From Eledone cirrhosa (Eukaryota), in the NCBI GenBank assembly GCA_964016885.1, contig OZ024742.1:242048001-242112000 (forward strand): DNA of 64,000 nucleotides, read 5' to 3'. The first letter of the stretch is position 1, and each line of letters opens with the position of its first letter. The notes beneath the pieces are model-generated. The model did not search any database, was not told the DNA's origin, and was given only the letters and a program-made list of their open reading frames with translations. Position numbers and translations under genes: made by a program. This document shows, piece after piece, positions 1-12,486 of the stretch.

Positions 1-432
1 CATATTTAAAAAAAAAATCAGAAACGCTTTAAATATATAACTATACAAGTGTATGTTTGAGTACGTATAATGTCTATGTTTGTATTGATGAGAAAGGTGT
101 TAAAAGATAGGTTGTAAAGTAATGAATATATTGTTCACGTTGCCATTTCTTTGAATTTTCAGTTTATATATAAGTATATAGCCAGATAGAATATGAACAA
201 ACGGTCAGTTAACTCTACAAATAGATATTACAAGTGGAGGACGAATACAGAAATATTTGTAAAATATAGCAAAACATAGGCAAGATTTTCTATAATAGTT
301 ATAGCTCAACAGTGGAAGGTGTAATCAATAAGTAGGTATACAATGCCACTGCCGCCAAACAAAATCATACACAATGTATGACAGTCAGCATTACCATTCA
401 TTATATGGATCATAGGTTTAACTGATAAATAC

Positions 433-525
<93 letters not shown>

Positions 526-536
526 TATATATATAT

Positions 537-612
<76 letters not shown>

Positions 613-1072
613 TACAGTTGATTAGCTATGAACACTCCCACGTGAGTAGAATCAACCAATGAATGACCTTAGAAGCATGGTCCCAAATTCCATTCTTCAA
701 CTTACTGTACTTTAATCAAATGCATACTTTTGTTTTGAATCAGCTGGTGGTATACACACACACACGCACACACATACACATATTTATACACACACATACA
801 CATATTTATACACACACACATATATATATATAGTTAGGGAAGCAGAAAATTGCTTTTTGTGATCCAGTTCGTGGTTAAGGAAGCCAGTTTCATGGATGGT
901 TGAAAATTTGGACTGTGAACAACAATTATAATTGAGTGACTGTTATTTGCAGTATAGCAATATAAGGTTGCACTTACCAATGAAACGGTCGTAAATACCT
1001 GGATAAAATTCTTCTCTTAATGCTTACCTGTGTTTTCTCTTTTGTACTATATATATATATTTATATAGAAAT

Positions 1073-1123
1073 GGCTTCTACAGGACTAGAACTGTTTCAT
1101 TCGGAGGAAATCATCAGAAAGCC
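1073..1123 (-). ncRNA. Type I hammerhead ribozyme motif (inverted pLTR copy)
   Basis: Minus strand: GGCTTT-CTGATGA-tttcctccgaat-GAAA-CAGttctagtcCTG-TA-GAAGCC. Stem I, core, stem III and a GUA triplet are all present. Confidence 0.8.
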
Positions 1124-1320
1124 GACTGTCAATGTAAATTTATGTTATTTCTACATTTTGTCATGGTAAGGGAAGGATAGTGGTTGGGGGGGGGGGGGGG
1201 GTAGAGGTCATGATGGGATTAAAGGATGGGGATTCTTAGAAAAAACAAAGTTTATTTAGAGACAGAAGTTTAATAGCAGGTTGCAATTGAAATAAACACC
1301 TTATTATATAGTACAATTTC

Positions 1321-2772
1321 CCACTCTGGAATAGAACATCCGAAGCAATCTCATGGTTCCAAGAACTGCCTGACAAACACAACACCCGTTTCCTGCAATT
1401 TCTGAGTCCCTGCTGAAGGATGCAATTGCTTTCGCAAGAAACCTAACCACCATAACCGACGCCGAGCAGGATGTGATCCTCCATGCACGTAAGACCTTTT
1501 TGTACCATAACAAGTCCTACTGGACAACAAATCGGAGACTCCCTTCGATGTCAGCATGGGTGCTAGTGACTTGGCTGAGATTAATGATCTGGTGGGCCTG
1601 TTTATCTTTAACCGGATGAAAACCCTCTTCACAGGCCTTACAGTGGATTACACCGAGATGACGGCCTCTTTGTTCTGCATAAAATTAACCCCAGGACTAC
1701 CGATGGGTTTCGGAAAAACCTTAACGCTTTCTTCAATAACCTGGGCCTAAGAATAACTATAGATTCGAGTTTAACTAAAGCCAACTTCTTAGATGTAACT
1801 CTCGATTTAGAAACCTCCCTTTATTATCCGTACCACAAAAGTAACGAATCCCTTAGATATATAGACGTTAACTCGAATCACCCCAAGAACATCACAGATA
1901 ATTTAGTTAAAAGTGTCTCCCTTAGGATCTCTGGCCTCTCCGCCAATGAGGATATCACTAGGGCCGTGGCCCCCTATTACAACGAACCCCTAGCCCGTAG
2001 CGGTTTTAAAGATAAGATCTCTTATCTCAGAATAGCCCAACGCCCACCCAGGAGGAATAGGAAGAGACAAATTAGCTGGTACAACCACCCGCGCCCCAAT
2101 CAACTGCGAGGTATCTACACCTATAGCAAACAATTTCTTTACTCTATTGCACAAACCCTTCCCCACCCAACATAGGTACTAGACCATCTTTAATAAGAAT
2201 ACAATCAGACTCTTTTACTCCACTACACGAAATCTAGCTAGGAACTTAGACAATATTAATATTACTAAGTTAAATAAGTCTACTACCTCCGAAACCCATC
2301 CCGGCACTGAGGTTCTGTGCAACTGCCCCTTCATCAATAAATGCCTTACAAAGATATTGTATACAAATGTGATGTCATCTCAGGCCCTGATGAAGAGCGA
2401 AAGACGTATATCGGGATGACCTCCAACAACTTTAAGGCCCGTTGGTACGCACATACCCATTCTTTTCGATGTCCGGACAAGTCCAACCATAGAAAACTCG
2501 CCGCCCATGTCTGGGACCTAAAAAGGAACTCCACCCCCTTTACGCTCAAATGGAAACTACTCTAGAGATCGCGGTCTTACACAGGAGGCCATAATTGTTG
2601 TGACCTTTGTATTTTCGAGAGTTACGAAATACTATTTCCCAAAGGACCCTTACTCAATAGACTCTCAGAATATTGACCGAATTGCATGCACAAAAACTAT
2701 GCAACTTACAAGTCATATAGACCAGTTCCTCCCCTGAACGATGATCCCATAAGACAACGGAATCGACATTAA
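1321..2772 (+). pseudogene. Disrupted PLE reverse transcriptase plus C-terminal GIY-YIG endonuclease
   Basis: Across frameshifts and stops: FDVSMGASDLAEINDLVGLF, GLHRDDGL (1645-1668), NFLDVTLDL, YIDVNSNHP, RNRKRQISWYNHP, IVYKCDV...TYIGMTSNNFKARWYAH, CDLCIFE...LLNR. The motif style matches Naiad-type PLE proteins. Confidence 0.88.
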
Positions 2773-3108
2773 ACTTTAAACACACTCCCCCGCACCCACC
2801 TCCCCACCCAACCATACCTTCGTTTTGTTACCTTTCAAACTTATAACTTATACTTTACTTTTCTCTACTTGCATGTTATGTTATTTAATTTTAATTTATG
2901 TTATTTGATGGTTTTTCATATCTTGATTGTTTCCTTTGTGATTGTTTTCCCTTGGTGTATTTTTATATGTGTTTATATGTGTATATATATATATATGTGA
3001 ATAAAAATAGACCAAGAGATAAAATATCCTCATCAGTAATCTGCTGATTATCGTTGGTATTTCGACGCATTATATATATATTTGTATGTGTATGTGTGTG
3101 TGTGTATA

Positions 3109-3214
<106 letters not shown>

Positions 3215-3320
3215 TGTATGTGTATGTGTATGTGTATATATATATATGTATGCGTGTGTGTATGTGTGTATATATGTATGTGTGTATGAATGTATATGTA
3301 TGTATATATGTGTGTATATG

Positions 3321-3355
<35 letters not shown>

Positions 3356-3358
3356 GTG

Positions 3359-3389
<31 letters not shown>

Positions 3390-3402
3390 CTGTGTAAGAG
3401 TG

Positions 3403-3437
<35 letters not shown>

Positions 3438-3556
3438 GTGTATATATGTATATGTATATATATATATATCTGTGTAAGAGTGTGTGTATATATATATATG
3501 TGTGTATATGTATGTGTATGTGTGTATGTATATATATATATGTATATATATAAATT

Positions 3557-3589
<33 letters not shown>

Positions 3590-3645
3590 GTATATGTATA
3601 TATGTATATGTGTATGTGTATATATGTGTATATGTATGTGTACAT

Positions 3646-4001
3646 CAGTGTTTCTCAACCTTTCTGACACCCGGCCCCACTTTTAGCTCCCGAAAAATGT
3701 CCGGGCCCACTTATTTTATCAGCGTAAACTAGTGGTCAAAAACTATTCCGGACTATAACCCTCACATGATATATATACTAGTGCCTCTCAATCTCTTTGT
3801 TCTCCCGGCCTATCTACTCCCTAGAAATTGCCAGGGTCAGTGCTCAAAGAGCATTCTGGAACACTTACCCCCATATGATCCCGACTGCATTTAAATTTTG
3901 AATGATCTTAAGTTCCAAGAAAGTCTGAAAAAATGTCCAGGCCCACTGAAATTTCTCCGGGCCCACTGGGTGGGCCGTTAGCCCACCGTTGAGAACCACT
4001 G
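3646..4001. mobile_element. hAT (Charlie-like) MITE nested in the PLE 3' region
   Basis: TIRs CAGTGTTTCTCAAC / GTTGAGAACCACTG. Perfect 8-bp TSD GTGTACAT at 3638-3645 and 4002-4009. Subterminal CCGGGCCCAC-like repeats. Confidence 0.9.
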
Positions 4002-4445
4002 GTGTACATATATATATACACACATGTGTCTATGTGTGTCTGTATATAGGTATATGTATGTGTGTATATATGTTTTTATGTGCGTGTGTGTGTGTGTGTG
4101 TGCGCGTGTCTGTGCGAGCGCGTGGGCGTGTGTGTGTGCGTGTGTGTGCCAGCGCGAGGGCGCGTGTGTGTTGTCGTGAGTGCTTGTGCCTTGTACTACC
4201 TATCATTTCCACAGATGTTCGATCAACTACTTGATATATCTTTTGTTCAAAAGTGTACTATAGAATAAGGTGTTTATTTCGATTGCAACTTGCCACTAAA
4301 CTTCTTTCTCTAAATAAATTTGTTTTTTTTCTAAGAATCCCCATTATTTAATCCCACCATGACTTCTACCCCACCCCAACCCCAACCACTACCCTTCCCT
4401 TACTATGACAAAATGTAGAAATACCAGAAATTTACATTGACAGTC

Positions 4446-4500
4446 GGCTTCCTGATGATTTCCTCAGAATGAAACAGTTCTAGTCCTGTCTGTAGAAGCC
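4446..4500 (+). ncRNA. Type I hammerhead ribozyme motif (3' pLTR)
   Basis: GGCTTC-CTGATGA-tttcctcagaat-GAAA-CAG...CTG-TA-GAAGCC, with a 6-bp stem I. Confidence 0.8.
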
Positions 4501-4581
4501 ATTTCTATATTAAATTACTTTTACTCTGCTATGTATTGAGTACCTTACTTACTGTGGTTATCCCCGATTTAACCCGGGATC

Positions 4582-4621
<40 letters not shown>

Positions 4622-4642
4622 CATATATATATATATATACAC

Positions 4643-4728
<86 letters not shown>

Positions 4729-4788
4729 ATATATATATATAGCAATAATAATAAAATTGAAGACTAAAATCCAAAGAGGGCTCGTTTA

Positions 4789-5020
<232 letters not shown>

Positions 5021-5270
5021 GTGTGTGTGTGTGTGTGAGGTAAATTATATAAGTTGGTATAGCAATAAAACATTAAGATATTTAAAGCTTTGATAAGTTC
5101 TTTGCTATATCCAGATTAGCGATAGGTAGTGGAGAGGTAAATCCAATGAGTATCCTATTGGCCATCGTAGATTTATAATTACAGAGCATATATAAACGCA
5201 AACTATATATCACAACCGTTTGACAATTAATACATTATTTAATTGGCAGTACGTCCCTTTATGATCTTAC

Positions 5271-5381
5271 TTCAAATCCCACCGAGGTTAACTTTGCCTT
5301 TCATCCTTACGGGGTCTATAATATAAAGTACGAGTAATACAATGGTAATTGCTGGCCTTGTGCCAAAAGTAGAAACAATTA
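5271..5381 (+). mobile_element. tRNA-derived SINE (Meta-domain-like), partial
   Basis: TTCAAATCC...CTTTGCCTTTCATCCTTACGGGGTC...GCTGGCCTTGTGCCAAAAGTAGAAAC. Confidence 0.75.
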
Positions 5382-5450
5382 TTTATTTGATTTACATATT
5401 CTGCAAAGTATGTTATCTTTTTCTTTCTTTCTCTGTCTGTATATATATAT

Positions 5451-5850
5451 AAAAGAAATAGGATTTCGCTTCAAGCATATCTTTATACAATATGTATAAA
5501 TATTTCGTATCTCCAAAGAAATGCGGTTTTAGGAAGCCGTAGCTATACAAACACCAGATGGCTAACGCCCTCTGGTGATGTCCAGCAGAAGCAAGGGGGA
5601 TAACCGTCTATGCATTTCAGGCTTAACTTGCCATCGTCAGCACGGTCCCTCCCACCGCTTGCGACTGCTGGACTAGAAGACAGGCGAAAATATATAGTTT
5701 TCTCGTCTGTGTAAATGCGGCGATTAATCTCATTGCATATGAAGCTGCATAAATTGGTTCAACTTATAATAGAAAAGAAATAGGATTTCGCTTCAAGCAC
5801 AGCTGGACATCACCAGAGGGCGTTAGCCCTCCGGTGTGAAATATTTATAC

Positions 5851-5853
<3 letters not shown>
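5451..5853. mobile_element. Short non-coding PLE-like element with internal direct and inverted repeats
   Basis: AAAAGAAATAGGATTTCGCTTCAAGCA occurs twice in direct orientation (5451, ~5773). 5551-5586 is inverted at ~5802-5837. Contains a hammerhead and is flanked by TA. Confidence 0.6.
5603..5646 (-). ncRNA. Minimal type I hammerhead motif
   Basis: Minus strand: ACCGTg-CTGACGA-tGGCaagttaaGCCt-GAAA-TGCA-TA-gACGGT, with palindromic stem III TGCA. Confidence 0.65.
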
Positions 5854-5898
<45 letters not shown>

Positions 5899-6150
5899 AT
5901 TTAACCTGGATGTATTTTCATTGTTGTGATTGTTTCTGTATTTATGTCCCCTAACCACACTTTTCAATTTATCATGCTTTTTAACGTGTGTTTCTTACAC
6001 TGAGATGTAACCTATCGATGTATCGATAAATTCTCATTGAGTGCTTCGTGCAAACCGAATTCTTACTTCCCTGACATTTGCCGACTGCCATCACTTCAAT
6101 TTTACTAACCTTCTACTCGTATATATATATATATATATACGAGTAGAAGG

Positions 6151-6203
<53 letters not shown>

Positions 6204-6391
6204 GTAGATAAATCTACCAAGAGTTTACGGTAGTGTCCAATCCGTATGAAGAACTCAATGTATTCCGGATATCATGGAAAGAAGAGATGTAATGAAAATC
6301 CACTTTCGGTGAAAGATAAACGGTATACAGAGTCAAGATAAAATATTAAACAAATAATGAATAAACAATTCCTTATATTAAACAAAAAAAG

Positions 6392-6546
6392 TTCATTATT
6401 TAACGATCGTTTCTAGGGTATATATGTGTTATAATTGGTATGCATATTCAACAGATCTATGTACAAAATTATACAAAATTATACAAATTATCAAGATTAA
6501 ATATACATACCTAACACATATATACGCCGTCTTCAGAAATAATGAA
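6392..6546 (-). ncRNA. Mirror copy of the long-stem-II hammerhead
   Basis: Reverse complement of 8121-8275. Confidence 0.75.
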
Positions 6547-7204
6547 GTATATTTATTGATAATAACAACAATTCAAAATATCAGTTCAAAATTGACCAAT
6601 GAAAACACAAAGGGTTAAAAGCAGTTCGGTGTGTGTATATACATGTAAAATCCTTACACATATTTTACAAAAATGTGTGTATAATTTGTATACGCATACT
6701 AAAAAGATGGATGCAAACACAAAATTTCAAGGTTAATATCTCTGTAAGCTTAAATGCGCTGATAAGATGCGCATTGATACTTATGGAGTCAAGCATATAA
6801 ATATATTTTTTCATACTCACACATATCAGTATAATCACACATACATGCGCGTATATGCATAAATATACACATAACCACGAACATACAAACACACATACAC
6901 CCCCACTCACATTTATATATGTGGATATAAAATCATAAGCACATAGAAATTAAATCACTCACATAAAACACTGGCACACACATTTCAAGATCAAGATACA
7001 GAAATTAGGTGGGAGGGGGGGGAAGGGTCAGTATTCAATTGTCTGAGCAGACTGCCTAATATAAATGTATCTATAAATTAAGAAAAATAAAAAAATATAT
7101 ATATATATACACACACACACGCGCAACACATACACACATACACATATATATAAAAAAAATAGATAATAAAGATATATATCCATATATATATATATACACA
7201 CACC

Positions 7205-7252
<48 letters not shown>

Positions 7253-8120
7253 TATACATATACATACACATACATCTAAATATACATACACATACATACA
7301 CACATACATGTACATACATGTACATACACATACGCACATCGATATACATATATATATATACATATATATACATATATATATACACTCACATAGACATATA
7401 GATACATACACACACAACTTACATACACACGTATATATATATAAATAGATGTACCTTCATACATAGAATTAGATATATAATCATACATACATATGCACCT
7501 ACTTATACTCATATATATAAATACATACGCTTCCATGTATGTGTATATACATAAAAAACAATACAACCTCACCAAACTCAGACATACAAATAAAAATAAT
7601 AATAAAAAGGCATATGTATATACATACACACACGCATTAATAGAGATATATATATATACATATTTCTGTATCTTGATCTTGAAATGTGTGTGCCAGTGTT
7701 TTATGTGAGTGATTTAATTTCTATGTGCTTATGATTTTATATCCACATATATAAATGTGAGTGGGGGTGTATGTGTGTTTGTATGTTCGTGGTTATGTGT
7801 ATATTTATGCATATACGCGCATGTATGTGTGATTATACTGATATGTGTGAGTATGAAAAAATATATTTATATGCTTGACTCCATAAGTATCAATGCGCAT
7901 CTTATCAGCGCATTTAAGCTTACAGAGATATTAACCTTGAAATTTTGTGTTTGCATCCATCTTTTTAGTATGCGTATACAAATTATACACACATTTTTGT
8001 AAAATATGTGTAAGGATTTTACATGTATATACACACACCGAACTGCTTTTAACCCTTTGTGTTTTCATTGGTCAATTTTGAACTGATATTTTGAATTGTT
8101 GTTATTATCAATAAATATAC

Positions 8121-8275
8121 TTCATTATTTCTGAAGACGGCGTATATATGTGTTAGGTATGTATATTTAATCTTGATAATTTGTATAATTTTGTATAATT
8201 TTGTACATAGATCTGTTGAATATGCATACCAATTATAACACATATATACCCTAGAAACGATCGTTAAATAATGAA
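8121..8275 (+). ncRNA. Type I hammerhead with a greatly extended stem II
   Basis: TTCATTATTT-CTGAAGA-[~116 nt, GTATATATGTGTTA...TAACACATATATAC pairing]-GAAA-CGATCG-TT-AAATAATGAA. 10-bp stem I, GUU triplet. Confidence 0.75.
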
Positions 8276-8326
8276 CTTTTTTTGTTTAATATAAGGAATT
8301 GTTTATTCATTATTTGTTTAATATTT

Positions 8327-8374
<48 letters not shown>

Positions 8375-8566
8375 GAGTAGAAGGTTAGTAAAATTGAAGT
8401 TATGGCAGTCGGCAAATGTCAGGGAAGTAAGAATTCGGATTTGCACGAAGCACTCAATGAGAATTTATCGATACATCGATATGTTACATCTCAGTGTAAG
8501 AAACATACGTTAAAGAGCATGACACATTGAAAATTGTGGTTAGGGGACATAAATGTGGTTAGGCGA

Positions 8567-8800
8567 CTTTATTTCATGCTGCTCCTTCTACCTGGAGTTG
8601 CGACCGATAAATAGTATTAGCAATTGAAAGACAGTGGAAACATTGTTTCCTTGGTCCGATTTATATATCGGTCGCAACTCCAGGTAGAAGGAGCAACGTG
8701 AAATAAAGTGTCTTGCTCAAGGACATAATGCAATGCCTCGTCCAGGAACCGAACTCACAACCTCACGAAACTAATTCTCTAACTACTCAGCCACGTGCAT
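8567..8800 (-). mobile_element. tRNA-derived SINE (V-SINE-like core) with an inverted 3' part
   Basis: Minus strand TGGCTGAGTAGTT (A box), GAGTTCGGTTCC (B box) and TGTCCTTGAGCAAGACACTTTATTTCA core. Homologous to 21661-21853. Confidence 0.7.
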
Positions 8801-8882
8801 TCACAATATATATGTGTGTGTGTGTGTATATGCATGTATCTATGTATATATATGTGTGTATTTGTGCATGCCTCTGTATATG

Positions 8883-8961
<79 letters not shown>

Positions 8962-9009
8962 TAAAAAGTGATTTGTCTCTAATAATTAGACAACTGAATG
9001 AATGGATAA

Positions 9010-9147
9010 AATATCACCCAGAGAAGCATATATAAGTATATTTGAAACGGCAGGAGCTCAACCGTTGGGGTCCCAACTCCTTCATATAACCTCATCCTAC
9101 TACCCCAAGTGTCGATTACTCCGGTGAGTAATGGTCTAACTGGTTTT
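9010..9147 (+). mobile_element. Diverged relative of the hairpin family retaining a decayed full hammerhead layout
   Basis: GAAACGGCAGGAGCTCAACCGTTGGGGTC...CTACTACCCCAAGT...TAATGGTCTAACTGGTT resembles the right half of 9247/25136/34996, but the upstream sequence is not a fold-back. Confidence 0.5.
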
Positions 9148-9179
9148 TAATGCATCCTTTACATACATTTACACACACT

Positions 9180-9212
<33 letters not shown>

Positions 9213-9246
9213 ACACACACACACACACACAGATATATATATATAT

Positions 9247-9442
9247 ATGGGAAAATGTTCAAGACCCCGACGGCAGAGCTCAAGCCATTTCGACGCCTAT
9301 TTCTGGACAAAAATAGCCGTCGAAACGGCTTGAGCTCTGCCGTAGGTGTCTTGAACATTTTCCTATTACCGACTCTACTACCCTAAGTATTGAGTACGCT
9401 GGTGCGGTGCGTTATGGTCCACCTGTTTCCCTACCACACTTC

Positions 9443-9447
<5 letters not shown>
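9247..9447 (+). mobile_element. Hairpin-plus-tail element, copy 1
   Basis: ~120-bp imperfect palindrome 9247-9366 plus ~80-bp tail, in (TA)n. Confidence 0.85.
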
Positions 9448-9498
<51 letters not shown>

Positions 9499-9627
9499 TG
9501 TTTAGACAACAGAACGTCGTGTGAAGAAGATAAAGGCGCCCTGTCGAATTTATGACAGCATTTAATTAGCTCAACGCTTGAAAGCAGAGCCGTTATATGA
9601 AACAAAAACAAAGCGCTTACATTTTAA

Positions 9628-9692
9628 TCTTTATTTTCTGTCAGTGTTTCGTCCTTGCATAATTGCAGGACTCATCAGAGCGTTATAAAGAG
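9628..9692 (-). ncRNA. Hammerhead motif, inverted partner of 10729-10792, with a mutated triplet
   Basis: Minus strand: CTGATGA-GTCCTGCAattaTGCAaGGAC-GAAA-cactg-AC. GAC replaces GTC. Confidence 0.6.
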
Positions 9693-10728
9693 GAATTAGA
9701 TCAATAGTATAATCTCTACCGACCCATATCACAAGAACGATCCATATGTAGCATAGAGGACTAAGAAGAGTGAGTGGGGTGCTTGGACGACGCGTCACCG
9801 CTAGAAGCCGATACATATGAGATCAAAATCAGTTACAATAATTAAAGATAAGGAAAAATAAGGAAAAATAAAAGATAAGGAAATTAAAGATAAGAGATAA
9901 AATGTAAAGGGTAGAGTCTAGAAGTAAGTATAAAATAAAGATAACATTAAAGTGATGATAATATAAGAAAAAAAAAATAAATAAAAATAATAAAAATAAA
10001 AATGAGAATAAAATATGAGAATAAAAAATAGGAGGTGATAAAAATAAAGATAACAATAAAAATGAAACATAAAAGATAACACATTATATAAGCAATGCTA
10101 ATAAATGCAAGTAAATGTGGTTGTAGACAGTAAAGGATTTCAGAGGTGACAGTTTAAGAATAATATCAACCAAAGTGAATGATGTAGGCAGAGTCAGATA
10201 TAGCGGGAGCCAGATAAAGCGATCATATAGAGGAATTCCATGTATCCATCACAGTATGGCAACAAGTGTTATAGGTGGCGTTCAAATGCAATTTATCTGT
10301 GTGGTTCACAGAACATGTAGGTCGCTAAAGCAAAGCGTAGTGGAAGCAGGTGAAAACAATCATCATAGATATCAGTAGAATATAATGTTTGCTTGTGTGT
10401 GTGTTCAAATCTACATAGACCTACGTACACACGCACACGCATGTATATATATATATATATACATACACGTATCTACGTGTTCCATTCGTCCGTGTTACCC
10501 CTTACGATTACAATACCATCCACTCCAGTCTCATGTTGGGATCAATACCTCCGCATCATAGCTGTGGTGTTGGGAATCCATGAAATCCTAAGTTTCCCAG
10601 CATACCACGTGGTGTAACGAATGACTTAAATTATCCAAGTCATATAAGACTCTTCTTAGTCCTCTGTACTACATATGGATCGTTCTTGTGATATGGGTCG
10701 GTAGAGTTTATACTATTGATCTAATTCC

Positions 10729-10792
10729 TCTTTATAACGCTCTGATGAAACCTGCAATTATGCAAGGACGAAACACTGTCAGCAAATAAAGA
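10729..10792 (+). ncRNA. Type I hammerhead motif
   Basis: TCTTTATaacGCT-CTGATGA-aacctgcaattatgcaaggac-GAAA-CActG-TC-AGCaaATAAAGA, GUC triplet. Confidence 0.72.
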
Positions 10793-10843
10793 TTAATTGA
10801 TAATGTAAGCGGTCTTTGTTTTTGTTTCATATATATATAATTA

Positions 10844-10960
<117 letters not shown>

Positions 10961-10961
10961 T

Positions 10962-11070
<109 letters not shown>

Positions 11071-11090
11071 ATTACTATATATATATATAT

Positions 11091-11161
<71 letters not shown>

Positions 11162-11166
11162 ATTAT

Positions 11167-11206
<40 letters not shown>

Positions 11207-11369
11207 ATACTTTGGGAGGGTCACCTTGTGAATAAGAAACACACGCGCAAGTTGCTTTCACTCCAATTTATTATAAATTAAAAAAAATTCTTCTTCTTCG
11301 TAAAAAATTCTTATAAGTTTCCGGTTGGTTGGTTGGTTGGTTCCGCAACCGGACGGTTGTTCATATATT

Positions 11370-11412
11370 GTCAAAGTTCTTTCGTCACATATTCTATGAC
11401 TTCTTCAGTGAC
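11370..11412 (-). ncRNA. Minimal type I hammerhead in the PLE 3' pLTR
   Basis: Minus strand: GTCA-CTGAAGA-aGTCAtagaatatgTGAC-GAAA-GaaC-TT-TGAC. The partner at 12504-12546 has GAAA mutated to TAAA. Confidence 0.7.
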
Positions 11413-11595
11413 CGGGGAATCTTTTCTTTGTTTTTTGCCTCTCCTTTGTTCTGTCCTACGCCATCTTGTTTTTGTGTGTTTTGTGTGCTTAGTTTGCGGG
11501 TGTCTGTGTGTGTTTTTATTTGTTTATTTATTTGTTTATTTACATGTTACTGGTTGGTTGTTTGTCCTATGTGTGTGTGTGTTTTCATTTTGTCC

Positions 11596-12486
11596 TTATT
11601 TGTAAGTTGTGATGTTGCTATTCCATTCATGTTTACTATTTAATTTTGGTTGGAGTTCATTGATTTGTCTAAATATTGCGTCTTTTCTGAGTGTAGTTTT
11701 TATTTTTATTTCTATGTTCTCTAATTTGCCCTTATGTTCTATTTTAGCATGTTGGTGGAGTATTGATGATTCTTTTCTATCTTGAAGCTCTCGCACGTGT
11801 TCATTTAACCGTTCTCCTATACTACGAGCTGTCTCACCTATGTACACTATATTTTTATCTTTACATTGTCCTTCAGTACATCTTATGCTATATACTATGC
11901 TTCTAGTTTTACAATTAATATTGGGGCTTAGTTTACAGATTATGCATTTCTTATCTATACAGGGAGGTCTTTGAAAAGGGTATGTATTATTAATAAGTGT
12001 TTTTATGGAGGTACCTGGTTTTTCTACTATCTTAATATTAAGTTTAAGTTTATCTAGGGCCCTTCTAAATTTGTAAGCTAATTCACCTCTAGGGGTTGTA
12101 TTGATGAACATTACACTCTGATATTTATTGCTATCATACCATGAGTTTATTCTATTAACCTTATTCCTAGTTCTTTATATTCTATTCCAAAATTTGCTCC
12201 TATACAAGGGGCAGGTCCCAGTTGTATCATTATTTACCATTTTTTCTCATTTGGTTCTGGCTCCTCTATATACTCTGATTTTATCTCTCTGATTGTAACC
12301 AGAGAACTGCATACGGTGGATGAAGTGTTGTATGTGTATCTCTAGTTCTTTGGGGTTGCACATGCGGGACACTTTTCTCATCACCCGTACTAAATCCGCA
12401 ATCAGTATGTTGATTTTGGTGTGATCCGAAACAGCTGAGTTTCGGTGGATCAGATATTTGGAAGTCATGGGTTTGGCATAATGGGA
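11596..12486 (-). pseudogene. PLE RT thumb region and GIY-YIG endonuclease, frameshifted and truncated
   Basis: ORF 12247-12468 (LIHRNSA...RMQFSGY) and ORF 11596-12111 (CIDKKCIIC...CKTRSIVYSIRC...VYIGETARSIGERLNEH...HQH..IEH...PKLNSKHEW). Confidence 0.9.

Larger units (their letters stand above)
6201..8329 (-). mobile_element. Non-coding fold-back PLE-like element with 668-bp inverted arms (6338-7005 / 7662-8329) and a tail at 6201-6337
   Basis: The arms are apparently perfect reverse complements: the mirror ORFs 6424-6618/8049-8243 and 6665-6910/7757-8002 are identical. Each arm has a hammerhead. Flanked by (TA)n. Confidence 0.8.
5940..8554. repeat. Outer diverged inverted repeat, arms 5940-6120 and 8373-8554
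   Basis: The ~180-bp arms are reverse complements with scattered mismatches. Both face inward into (TA)n. Confidence 0.85.
9493..10830 (-). mobile_element. Non-coding PLE-like element with inverted arms (~9595-9770 / ~10649-10830) and a tail at 9493-9594
   Basis: The arms are diverged reverse complements, each with a hammerhead. (TA)n on both sides. Confidence 0.8.

Noticed and set aside
930-1000. GAAACGGTCGTAAATA resembling a hammerhead 3' half
   Set aside because: No recognisable CUGANGA upstream.
2674-2676. In-frame TGA in the Naiad-like endonuclease as possible selenocysteine (some Naiads encode selenoproteins)
   Set aside because: It is not at an evident conserved Cys position, the nearby Cys codons are TGT/TGC, and the copy has a TAG stop and frameshifts, so decay is the simpler explanation.
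6424-8243. Duplicated 64-aa and 81-aa ORFs as a gene pair
   Set aside because: They are a by-product of the perfect inverted repeat, low complexity, with no domain.
8450-8497. Hammerhead-like look of GCACT-CAATGAG...GATA-CATCGATATG in the outer inverted repeat
   Set aside because: Both core boxes deviate and stem I is out of register.
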